Shown here piece by piece: positions 20,305 through 30,764 of a stretch of 64,000 nucleotides of DNA. The DNA lies in the NCBI GenBank assembly GCA_023334545.1, contig JAADVB010000010.1, positions 1 to 64,000 of the forward strand, written 5' to 3'. The DNA is from Salisapilia sapeloensis CBS 127946. Lineage: Eukaryota > Protista > Oomycota. Position 1 is the first letter of the stretch, and every line of letters begins with the position of its first letter. The notes under the pieces were generated by a model. The model saw only the letters and a program-made list of their open reading frames with translations. It did not search any database and was not told the origin of the DNA. Position numbers and translations under genes: made by a program.

Positions 20305-21043
20305 ATGGGCAGGCGACGCAAGCTGAATGAGATGCTCACGATCTCAGACGGGTACGTGGGCTTCGTGAACAAGAAACGCTTCTGGCGATTCCTCTTCGCG
20401 ACGCTCACATTCTTCGCCATGTTCGCCGTCGTGGTCAGTTTCTTCGATATTGAGTCAGGAACTAAGTATGCGTACAGCAATTCAAAGTTCATGGCGGAAC
20501 ATGCCGACTTGACGCGAGGCGAGATGGAGGAGAATGAACGAGTACTTGCTTATATCTACATCTTCTTCCCGACTCCTCTCGCTGCAGCATGGGTGATCGT
20601 CTACTTTGGAAAATTTTGGAGTATCTGCAAGGTATGTTCCTCAAGCGCTTACTGTTTTGATCTATAGACATACGTTAAGTTTAGCTTACTAATGAATCTG
20701 TAAGGTTGAAAAACTTAGGAATAGCAAGAACTACAAGTACAACCTGCTAGTGGCATCGCTCGTCATGGCAGCCATCTATGCCGCATTTCTCCGCGGCGTC
20801 ATGGGTATTCCAATTGCAGGCGGCTCGCGCCTTCGAGCTGCTTGTCTCCTGGCTTTCTGTGAATTCTCGCTCATCATGATCGAAGTGTTCACTGAACGAA
20901 AAGCTCGACAGCAACGGTATCAGAAGAAAAAACTAGAGCAGCAACAGGATCAGGCGGAAGATGGAGCTGCGGACGATGCTGCCCCATCAGCATCGCCTGT
21001 GCCGTCGACCGTGGCGTATTCTCAGCCAGGAGGCATGTTGTAA
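20305..21043 (+). CDS. Uncharacterised multi-pass membrane protein, 2 exons
   Basis: Exon 1 ends ...SICK before gtatgt at 20632. A ctaat branch point and AG at 20704 follow. Exon 2 (VEKLRNSKNYKYNLL...) is in frame with ORF 20750-21043. Confidence 0.7.
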
Positions 21044-21304
21044 GATGTACCCATCCGAGCTACTACCTCGTGAGATTTTCTTGGAAGCTGGACCGGATAA
21101 ATGCTGCTCTTGAGCGCAAAATCGAACGCAGATAGCTTTCAGGCGCGCCATCGAGCGTAGATAGCTGTCTTGACACGAAACGTTAAGACTTGTCTGTCAG
21201 TTGTACCCATCCGGATAAATTGTGTCCGGATAAATAAAGTTCCAGGATTTTTTCTTTGACACGAGTGGGTTCAGTACATTTCCAATTATTAACAACACAG
21301 TAAG

Positions 21305-22936
21305 ATGGGGAACTCACCAAGCTCACGAAGTAAAGCACGCCGCAGCAGCAGCGCTCGTGCACGCCCAACGCAAGTTCCTATCGGCCACACGGGGGGAACG
21401 CAGCAGCAGCAGCCTCCTGCAAGCTTTAGCCCAATACCGGATGAATTTCGATCATTAAATGAAGTGACTGCAGGTATCTGCTATCGATTTCGCTGCTGAC
21501 TCGCACACTCTAACGCTTGCAACTTGTAGCTCTCCGTCGCCACGGACTCGAAAGCAGCAACCTCATCCTCGGCATTGACTGTGAGTCCACTACTGCCCAT
21601 CATGTCTTCTTCATTTTGTCACTTTTTTATACATAGTCACCAAGTCCAACGAGTGGAGTGGCAAGAGCACTTTCAATGGGCGCAATCTCCATTGCACTGC
21701 CGACCCCAATGTGCTGAACCCATACGAAGAGGTGATCGAGAGTATTGGCAAAACGCTTCAAGACTTTGGTACGTCCGCAAAGACTTTTTGATGCTGTATC
21801 CATTCTAACTATAGTCGAACGTAGATGATGATAATATCGTCCCTATCTACGGCTTTGGCGATGAGATGACGAGCGATCACTCGGTCTTTACCTTTGCAGA
21901 GCATGGTGAGCCCGGATTTCCGTTCGAACAAATACGATCTCGATACCGACAAGTAGTTCAAAATGTCAACATGGCCGGCCCAACATCCTTTGCTCCCCTC
22001 ATCCACGAAGCTATTAATGTGGTGAAGCGCACAGGCGAATATCACATCCTGGTCATCGTCGCAGATGGCCAAGTCACACGGTCCGTGGATGTCCCACCGC
22101 ATGCAGTGTCTAAGAACGAAAAGGAGACGATCGATGCCATCACACTGGCGAGCCATTTCCCACTGAGTATTGTCATGGTCGGCGTCGGGGACGGACCATG
22201 GGAGTCCATGATCTACTTTGACAACTACCTCGTCCACCGCCAATTCGATAACTTCCAATTCGTCCAGTTCCATGAAATCGCATCTCCTTACTCTAACTAC
22301 AGCGTTCGAGAAACCCAATTTGCTCTGCATGCGCTCATGGAGATTCCGCAACAGTATGCCTGCATCAAGAAATTGAATCTGCTTGGTGGACGCTACCCAT
22401 ACCATGTCCTCAACCGTGTCCCTCAGGTTATGGTCTACCCAACGCCTCAGCCTCCAGTTCCTTCGGAGAACTCGTTTGCTCACGGCGTCTACCAACCCGC
22501 TATTCAACGGCACAACACAGAACCCTTCTCAAACGAACACACTTCGTATGAACCTCCTACGCACATGCCCAGTGCCGTGCCTCACAACCTTGCTAGTGCC
22601 CACGACGGCACTCTCCACACCTCATCCTACCAGCCTTCAACCAATCTATCTGCGTCACTTTCAAATCACAATACAAACGCTTGGGCATCTCACTCCAACT
22701 CTGCGTCTGCTCCTGCGATGATGTCGTCCCATCCAAGAGGACTTGCTTCACAAGCTTCTGCCGAGCTGGAGCTGTCCAGACTACAAGAGGAGATGCTGTG
22801 TGCCATCTGCGAAGATCGGAAGAAAGACACCGTGTTCCAATGTGGCCACGAGACATGTCATGCGTGTGCCCAATACCTGTCCCAGTGTCCAAATTGTCGA
22901 CAGGAGATCCAGGTACGGATCAAGCGGTATAGTTGA
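21305..22936 (+). CDS. RGLG: RGLG-type E3 ligase (N-myristoyl site, copine/vWA domain, C-terminal RING), about 4 exons
   Basis: Starts MGNSPSS. Spliced GLESSNLILGIDFTKSNEW, GPTSFAPLI, SIVMVGVGDGPW and FDNFQFV. RING: CAICEDRKKDTVFQCGHETCHAC...CPNCR. Confidence 0.9.
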
Positions 22937-23194
22937 GTTTAGTAACCTGCAATCCAATGTAATTCTTTCAAAACTTTTCTATTTAAGCGCAACGGCTAGG
23001 AGCTTCAGCTGCCAGCAGGGATACCAATGTCCCTGTTTGCTCGACGTCTCCGAACCCTGCAATCTATTATATTGAGGCGTTGCGAAGCGATGGTCAGTAC
23101 AACGCTCCGCCATTTCCTCTTCTATATAAGTTTTCACTACGTCGGTTATAAGATTGCATGAGGACGAAGATGCTGGACGGCAGACTGATAGGCA

Positions 23195-24172
23195 CTACGC
23201 CTCTTTCTTTGCGCCATGGCGAATGCATTTTCCCTGACGCACTGCTCCTTTCGTGCATCCGTCCACTTGACAGCGCTTTCCGCCACCATGACCGGTACAA
23301 AATGTGCCTCCGACGGCACTCTTCGTGCATCCGTTCTTTTGACAGCGCTTGCCTCCGCCGTGTCCGATGCAGAGGCCGCCTTGGAGAGCCGTCTTGGTGC
23401 ACTCTGGCTTGCTGCACTTGCGCCCGCCCCCATGGGCGGAGCAGAAACCGCCAACCAGTGCCGACTTGGTGCATTCTGGTACTTGACAGCGCTTGCCGCC
23501 GCCGTGTGCGATGCAGTATCCTCCTTGCTTGGCGCTCTTGATGCATTCTTCGACGGCGCATCGCTTGCCTCCGCCATGGGAAATGCAGTATCCGCCCGTC
23601 TTGGCGCTCTTGGTACAGCCAGGTGACCGGCAGAAACGACTCTGTTTGTGGTATTTGCAAAAAGACCCAGCCGCACCTCGGACGAGTCGGTCGCAATCTT
23701 CCCTTGCACATACGTTGTTCAATAGTTTGGACATACTGTCATGCTGACGCACACGCGGCTCGGCTGCCGGTTTCACAATAGGCGACGATGCCTCTGTCTT
23801 TATCTCCACTTCATCCGCCTGTGGTGTCGTTAGTGTTGGATTGTCCACGATGAAGCTGAGGCTCATAGCCGACGTCGTTCTTCTAGACGTCGTTGATGTG
23901 TTCATGTTGGTTGAGTCGTGGTTTTCATCCGAGTGGGATGGTGATGCTTGGCCCTGGTTGAAGGACATGGCGCGCAGTGGTCGTAATAGCGACTCTGTCT
24001 GGCAGCTGGAGTTAAGTGTGTATGGGTTGGTAATCTTGCCCTCGAGTCGAGGATGACACGAGATGGATGAGAGGAAGACGCCTTGGCTGGGCGAAGGCGG
24101 AGAGCTATATCTGCTGGCGAACGTGTTTGGACGGCCGAAGTCGAGTTCTTGTGGAAATGGTTGCCAGGACAT
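23195..24172 (-). CDS. WRKY19-like Cys/His-repeat protein
   Basis: Six tandem C...GCTKSA..GG.C..HGGGKRC repeats after a low-complexity N-terminus containing MSLSFIV. Confidence 0.85.
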   Translation of the reverse strand: MSWQPFPQELDFGRPNTFASRYSSPPSPSQGVFLSSISCHPRLEGKITNPYTLNSSCQTESLLRPLRAMSFNQGQASPSHSDENHDSTNMNTSTTSRRTTSAMSLSFIVDNPTLTTPQADEVEIKTEASSPIVKPAAEPRVRQHDSMSKLLNNVCAREDCDRLVRGAAGSFCKYHKQSRFCRSPGCTKSAKTGGYCISHGGGKRCAVEECIKSAKQGGYCIAHGGGKRCQVPECTKSALVGGFCSAHGGGRKCSKPECTKTALQGGLCIGHGGGKRCQKNGCTKSAVGGTFCTGHGGGKRCQVDGCTKGAVRQGKCIRHGAKKEA

Positions 24173-26861
24173 GAGTTGCTGCTACGTGAGTTGGAACGTA
24201 GCAGTCGACAGAGTACGAGTAGAGTGTTGATCCAAATTAATCAGACTTGAAGGCGCTGTTGCTGATGTCTGGATATAAACTGTGGTGCTTGGATGTGGCA
24301 GATGCAGTTGGTTGATACGGTGAATTGGTCCGTTGGTTTAAGTACGTGTCACGCGTAGCAATGCACTCGCAACAAGCGTAAAGGTCACGAGATAGTCGAT
24401 GGTCTCGGACGCTAGAGTGAAGTATCCTCTCGGTTGAGAGAGATGTTCGATCCTAGTGGAAAGAATTGGAATGAGCGGAAGAAACTCAATGCCGATGGCT
24501 TTGTCGGCGCCACGACCCCGACAACAGCTGTGAGCAACACCCTTACGTAACTTGTAGCCACTGGAAAAGCTCAACGTCGTCTCAACGCGAAGTGGGGAGA
24601 TCTTGGGACACTATGGTCGAAAAGAGCATCTTCTGCGAAGCAGAATTAGCTCACCGCAATATCCAAGTAGTTGACGAGAACTATCGCGGCTAGCGCATCA
24701 TCTGATAATCTGACCGAAGCAAGAGTAATGACGATTGAGCACAGAGTTACTTTTGGTCCGATCTGTCGCTTCAGTTGCTGTCAACTAGAGTCAGCGGGTG
24801 AAACGAGTCAATCCCGGCGGAAGATTCTAAATGTCACGAAGGAAAAGCTTCAGATGATCGCTGGATTGAAATTGCTACATCGCGTTGAATTTGAGTGTCC
24901 ACAAGGTCAGATCGATGATTTTTAAATTTTCATTGATGTGGGAGCGATGCGCACCCGCGCTTCCGACGAAGCGTGGTAATGTATCGATATTACGAAGATA
25001 ACGCACAAGCGCGACCTACTACAGCAGCTTCAGCGCTTCAATAAAAGTGCTTTAACACTCGATCATCAGAAGGATTGCCGCGTGGGACGGTTTACCTAAA
25101 ACTTATTGTGTGTTCGTATGGCAGGATATCTCGGGGGTCGAATACTCGTCAAATTGCAGCGCATCCTGCAGAAATGTCTACGCGAATGAAACGCGCGTTT
25201 GAAGTATCCACACTCGGTTTCGGAATCGTAACGGGAAATCTGACTAAGGGACAGCTCAAGTATCCACTTGGGCTCTCGAATGATATGAGTGTGCTCGCAT
25301 GCAGGCATTAGTGGCAGCGTCCAAACGGCACAACTGTGGCTGCTGCGACAATGCTCTCTCCAACTTGCCACTCGTTCCTGCAGGCGCGATAGGACTGTGT
25401 TCCCTCGCTGTAAGTGCTGCTAGATATCCGTATCTCTTCTCTATCTATTACAAGACATTCCCTATCTGAGTCGACATCAAAGTGTCAAGATGCGACCAAG
25501 TCGTGCCTGCATAGTCGTAAAGTTTACGTATCATCACGACGTGGCTAGAGCGGAAGACGCTACAAACTGTTGTCGTTGACACTGCCTTGGTTCATGCTGA
25601 CACCTACTGAGTTGGACTTGAAGGTGCTCGATGATATCGTCGAGCTAGTCATTCAAGGGGTTTGCGACACATGATTTGGCACAAACAGCTTCTTACTCCC
25701 CTCCTCCTTTCACTTCGTTACTCGAGCCAAATGGAGCGAAGTCATGGGTGTAGCTCCTGCCGAAAGATTGAAGTGCACGTCGTAGTTGGAGCGTTCGTTC
25801 TCTACGCCCAGCGACAAGATCGAAACTAAATGCCGCGTACTGTATATTGTTCTTGCCACCTACTTCTTTGGATGCACGCTCCGATGCTTTGCTGAAACCG
25901 GCGTCGACTGAACACTCGATCGATCGTAAAAGCCACAAGTCCTGCAACAAACACTTTGGCAGCAAAGCACGTAATGCCAACAAAAGGATGTGGAGATAGG
26001 GTTGGAAGACTTAATGGCTGACATATAACTCATCAAGACGTTAGCTGATACTATCGCGAAATTCAGTGCCACTGGTTGTGCTCCGGATGAATCGTAGAAG
26101 AAATGCGCACTGGACGCACCGAGCACAGCGCAAGTCTAGCCAAAGCTGTCGTCAGCAATTTCGGAACACATTGCGAAAGGTGATAAAGAGGCTTTTGCAA
26201 TTGAAACCAAGTCGACTTTCTTTGGCGAGGACCCAGCGAGTTCCAGGAATGATCAACGGTTGTACATTTGAAGTGGAAATGGCGAAAAGTTGGGTGATCG
26301 ACCATCCAACGTCGCAGCATACGACATGTTTGCTTCTTCGAGCTCTAGCCCCGACGAGTCAGTACGCCTTTCCTTCCAAAGGAGACTATTTTTAGTTGTT
26401 TTGAAAGGAAGCGAGGTGAGATGCTACGCGACGGGTAAGATAAAATGTATGTATCTATACTTGCTGCGGGATGTAGTCGTCGTTGTACTAAAAATCGCAG
26501 CTACAAAGCCTGCATTCGAGCTACAATCCCGAAAGAAAATGCGTCTGGTGTTTAAGACGGCATGTATCCTCCTATCACATCGCTCCTCTCCAACAGGTCA
26601 TGCCTGTAGCTCCGCCAAAAGTACTCTCGTCATAACTGTGTATCAAGTACCTGCCGCCAGTGATCAAGTGCACCTCCGTCGCGGACCAAAGTGCCTTGCT
26701 ATCGCCCCATCCTGTCCAACGTTCCTCGACACCGGCATTTAGCAGTTCGCGCATCTTCGCCGAGATTACCACTTGGGTTGTATCCGTTCTAACTGCTATC
26801 CTGTTACGAACACCTGATCTCGGATTGCCAAAACCACATTGAGCCTTTTTCTGCGGACGAT

Positions 26862-29678
26862 ATGCTACGTCGGTCTCTATTGCCGCTGCGCACGCGCTCG
26901 CTCGCCGGATCTCGGTCCATCCACGCCAGCCGAACCAACATGGCTCGCATCCTCTGCAGCGACCCCATCGACGTCTCTGGCCCGGAGCTCCTTCGCGCCG
27001 CTGGACACCAGGTCACGACTTCGGACGCGTCGCTCTCGCCGTCCGCTCTGCGTGAAGCGATCCCAGACTACGATGTCTTGCTAGTCCAGTCTGCCACCAA
27101 GGTCGACTCGGAGCTCTTGGCTGCTTCTCAGGGCAGACTGCAGCTCATCGGGTCTGCAGGCGCCAGAACCGCCAACATCGACTTGCTGTCCGCCGCTCGT
27201 GCAGGCGCACTGGTTGTCAACTCTCCCTTTGGCAGCACGGCCGTTTCAGCCGATGCAGCCATCGGATTGCTGTCTAAGGTCTCTGGTAAGTCGAACGTGG
27301 CATTCGACCAGCAATTCCAAGGTCAAACGCTTGGCATCGTCGGACTCGGACGTGTCGGACGTGAAGTCGCTCGTAAATGCAGTGCTCTGGGCATGAAGGT
27401 TGTAGCGTGCGATCCTGTGATGCCGTCGTCGAGCAGCAGTCCGCATGCAGAGTCCGTTTCCTTTGACGATCTCGTGCAGCAGAGCGACTTCATCTCCCTC
27501 CACACTCCAGTGAACGCCTTGACCCGTCACCTGGTCTCGAAGGACGCTCTTGCTAAGTGCAAGCAAGGCGTAAAGATCGTAAACAATAGTCGCTCTGCCT
27601 TGGTCGATCTCAATGCGCTGGCGGAGTCGATGGAGAAAGGAGTCGTGGGTGGCGCTGCTTTCGCCAAGCCTCCGCAAGACACGACTGCCGCCTGGAAGTC
27701 TCTTTTAGGTCGTGAAGACTTCTTCGTGAGTCCCACCTCTACGATCGACGAGAAGATTTCGACAGATTTGGCTTCGAAAGTCGACTCGGCTCTTTCTGGT
27801 GATCGACTCTCCGGTGTCATCAACGCTCCGAATCTAGATCTCTCCCGTCGTCAGGAGCTGGATCCTTTCCTGTCGCTAGCGCAGAGACTGGGAAGTCTTC
27901 AAGGCCAGCTCATCGACCAACCGTTGAAGCGAGTGGTAGTCGAGAGCAAGGGTCGTGAGCTCACGTCCTCTGAGATGTCCGGTCAGGTGGTAGATGGAGT
28001 CCTCAAGGGACTGCTGACGCACTTGCTGGATGAAGAGGTCGACATCTCGAACGCATGGGAAGTCGCGGATGATCTAGGCGTCGAGTGCGTCGACCACAAG
28101 CACGAAGTGGACTCTGCCAACGTCTTGAGCGTGACGCTGGTGAGTCAGGATGGAACGTCTCGCAAGGTCTCCGGCACTGTCGTCGGCGACAAGCAGCCAA
28201 AGTTGATGAGCATTAACGATCTCCAGATGGACGCTCTGCCAAGCGGAGCCATGCTCTTCTTCAATAACCAGGATGTGCCAGGTGTCCTCCACAGTGTCAC
28301 GACCGTACTGGCAAAACACCACGTCAACATCGGTCGCTTCGGTCTGGCAAAAGAACCCAACTCTTCCTCCGCCACCAGTCTACTCAACGTCGATGACATC
28401 ATCCCAGACGCTGCGTTGCGAGAGCTCGAGACGCTGGACACGGTGCACAACTTGCGTCGAGTCTCTCTCCTAGAGTTCAATACGCAAAATACCGGCAACC
28501 TGCTGCAGCTGAACTCGCACCGCCAGGCTTCTCGTCATGAAAAACCGTCTGTAAGACCGTCGTCGCCTTTCTTTGGCTCTGGTCCGTGCAAGAAGAGACC
28601 TGGATACTCCCTCTCGAAGCTCTCCTCTCGTTCCCTCGGTCGTTCCCACCGATCCGTTCTAGGTAAGGGCATGCTGGAAGACGCCATCGAGCGCACGAAG
28701 AAGATCCTCCGTCTCCCGTCCGACTACCACTTGGGCATCGTTCCTGCGTCAGACACTGGAGCCTTCGAGATGGCCATGTGGAACCTCCTCGGCCCTCGAC
28801 CGGTGGACATTTGCTACTGGGAGACCTTTGGCCAGCAGTGGTTCAAGGACGCCACGCAAGAGCTTCATCTAGAGAACATCAAGGAGGTCAGCGCTCCCTT
28901 TGGCAAGCTGCCAGACCTCTCTCAAGTGAACTTTGACCACGATGTCCTGCTCACGTGGAACGGGACGACGAGTGGCGTGAAGATCCCGAACGGAGACTGG
29001 ATCCCAGATGACCACCAAGGTCTGATCTTTAACGACGCGACGTCGGCTGCCTTTGCCATGGACATTCCGTGGCACAAGATGGACGTCGGCACCTTTAGTT
29101 GGCAAAAGGTCTTGGGCGGAGAAGGAGCGCACGGCATGCTCATGCTGTCTCCTCGTGCAGTCGAACGCCTCGAGAGCTTCAAGCCAGAGAACCGACCGAT
29201 GCCAAAGATCATGCGCTTTTCTAACGCTTCGACTGGGAAGCTGTCCAAGGGCATCTTTGAAGGCAGCACCATCAACACTCCGTCCATGCTGTGCGTCGAG
29301 GACTACTTGGATGCGCTCACGTGGTCGGAAGACATTGGCGGCCTCGACGCTCTCATCGCCCGATCCGAAACGAACTTGAAGGTCGTGGAGGACTTTGTCC
29401 AGGAGAACTCGAGCTGGATCAAGTTCCTCGCCGAGAGCAAGGACGTTCGGTCCAACACGTCCGTCTGCCTCCTGCTGGAAGACGTCAGCAAGGAACAGGT
29501 CAAGCAGATGACTGCTTTGCTAGCCCATGAAGGCGTGGCCTTTGACATTAACTCGTACAGAGATGCTCCGCCAGGCATCCGCATCTGGTGTGGCGCGACC
29601 GTTGAAGCAGAGGACCTGCAGGCGCTGCTGCCGTGGATCAAGTGGGCGTATGCCAAAATCAAGGCACAGGGCGCATAA
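26862..29678 (+). CDS. serA-serC: Fusion of a D-3-phosphoglycerate dehydrogenase-like region (with ASB and ACT domains) to phosphoserine aminotransferase; mitochondrial-type presequence
   Basis: Arg/Ser/Leu-rich N-terminus, then ILCSDPI, GIVGLGRVG and DFISLHTP, the ACT motif NQDVPG, and a SerC half with FGSGPCKKRPG, LGRSHRS, NDATSAAF and the PLP lysine in TFSWQKVLGGEG. Confidence 0.92.
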   Translation: MLRRSLLPLRTRSLAGSRSIHASRTNMARILCSDPIDVSGPELLRAAGHQVTTSDASLSPSALREAIPDYDVLLVQSATKVDSELLAASQGRLQLIGSAGARTANIDLLSAARAGALVVNSPFGSTAVSADAAIGLLSKVSGKSNVAFDQQFQGQTLGIVGLGRVGREVARKCSALGMKVVACDPVMPSSSSSPHAESVSFDDLVQQSDFISLHTPVNALTRHLVSKDALAKCKQGVKIVNNSRSALVDLNALAESMEKGVVGGAAFAKPPQDTTAAWKSLLGREDFFVSPTSTIDEKISTDLASKVDSALSGDRLSGVINAPNLDLSRRQELDPFLSLAQRLGSLQGQLIDQPLKRVVVESKGRELTSSEMSGQVVDGVLKGLLTHLLDEEVDISNAWEVADDLGVECVDHKHEVDSANVLSVTLVSQDGTSRKVSGTVVGDKQPKLMSINDLQMDALPSGAMLFFNNQDVPGVLHSVTTVLAKHHVNIGRFGLAKEPNSSSATSLLNVDDIIPDAALRELETLDTVHNLRRVSLLEFNTQNTGNLLQLNSHRQASRHEKPSVRPSSPFFGSGPCKKRPGYSLSKLSSRSLGRSHRSVLGKGMLEDAIERTKKILRLPSDYHLGIVPASDTGAFEMAMWNLLGPRPVDICYWETFGQQWFKDATQELHLENIKEVSAPFGKLPDLSQVNFDHDVLLTWNGTTSGVKIPNGDWIPDDHQGLIFNDATSAAFAMDIPWHKMDVGTFSWQKVLGGEGAHGMLMLSPRAVERLESFKPENRPMPKIMRFSNASTGKLSKGIFEGSTINTPSMLCVEDYLDALTWSEDIGGLDALIARSETNLKVVEDFVQENSSWIKFLAESKDVRSNTSVCLLLEDVSKEQVKQMTALLAHEGVAFDINSYRDAPPGIRIWCGATVEAEDLQALLPWIKWAYAKIKAQGA

Positions 29679-29881
29679 ATTTCTGTCTTCCTTTGACGCA
29701 GCAGTTTCTCCTTGATCTAGCCTACGAATATAGGAATATACAATCGAGCAGCACCTCCTGCCTTCCACATGCACTTGCCTCTCTCTAGTCTTGGCATCGT
29801 ATCCCCATTAATGGTACTCTGCAGGTACGATGCGCATTTAACAAACACGAAGACGCAGTATCGCAACTCCACGCTGCTAGG

Positions 29882-30617
29882 ATGGTAGATATCCCCCAGC
29901 CTTCCTCCGACGTCCTTCCAACTGGCTAAATAACAACATAATGAATAGATTGAGACTGTGCTTCTCATGAGCCGGCAAGGCAAAACGCGCCTTTCGAGAT
30001 GGTATGAGAGCGCCACGCCGCCGCTCAAGGAGCGGACGCGAATCATCCGGGAAATCACGTCCCTCGTGCTCTCTCGTCCGAGCAAACAGTGCAATTTTAT
30101 CGAGTTTAAGGAAAAGAAAATCGTGTACAAGCGGTGGGTCTACTAAGCCTTATAACATGCACGACAAACTCATCGTATTCGTGTCAAACAATAGGTACGC
30201 CAGTCTCTACTTCATCGCAGTCATCTCCAAGGACGACAACGAGCTCGTCACGCTCGAGACAATTCACATGTTCGTTGAAGTCTTGGACCGCTACTTTGGA
30301 AACGTACTTAAATTGGCTCTGTATATACCCAAAGCACTCCTTCACACACTTCCTATCTTTAGGTCTGCGAGCTGGACATCATCTTCAACTTCCACAAGGT
30401 GTGTCATTCCTTCCACAGTGATAGTCAACCAAAATATTAATCTTACTGCTTCATGGCGTCCTCGTAGGCATACTACATCCTGGACGAAGTCATCGTCGGA
30501 GGCTACCAGCTTGAATCAAGTAAGAAAGAAGTGCTCCGGGTCTGCTCTCAGCAAGAGGACTACATGGACGAGTCAAAGGAAGAGGGATTCTCTCGCTCTC
30601 GAACGCGTTCTCGCTAA
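29882..30617 (+). CDS. AP1S: Clathrin adaptor small (sigma) subunit, AP-1 type, 5 exons
   Basis: Spliced [24 protein letters not shown] and [18 protein letters not shown]. The first coding exon is inferred to be ATG alone (29882-29884), followed by intron 29885-29948. Confidence 0.88.
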
Positions 30618-30764
30618 TCTTTCTATCGCCTTTCAATCGTGGCTGAATACAACCTTGACATTGACGGTTTTCCACTCGTGACGTTCCTGCCCATCTTGAT
30701 CCAAAACATTAAACGGTCCTAAATGAAACCGCCTTAGTACTAGGTGCGAAATACGTGAAAGCGC

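Noticed and set aside
23094-23747. Overlapping alternative-frame and antisense ORFs (Ala-rich, Arg-rich) over the WRKY19-like repeats
   Set aside because: They are by-products of the GC-rich HGGG repeat codons.
24430-24460. GTTCGATCC resembling a tRNA T-loop / B-box
   Set aside because: The flanks do not form a T stem and no cloverleaf can be drawn.
26575-26772. GATGMTCWRGA resembling the G.TG..W motif of METTL21/FAM86 methyltransferases
   Set aside because: It is followed at once by stops, with no SAM-binding ELGxG motif and no convincing splice to a continuation.
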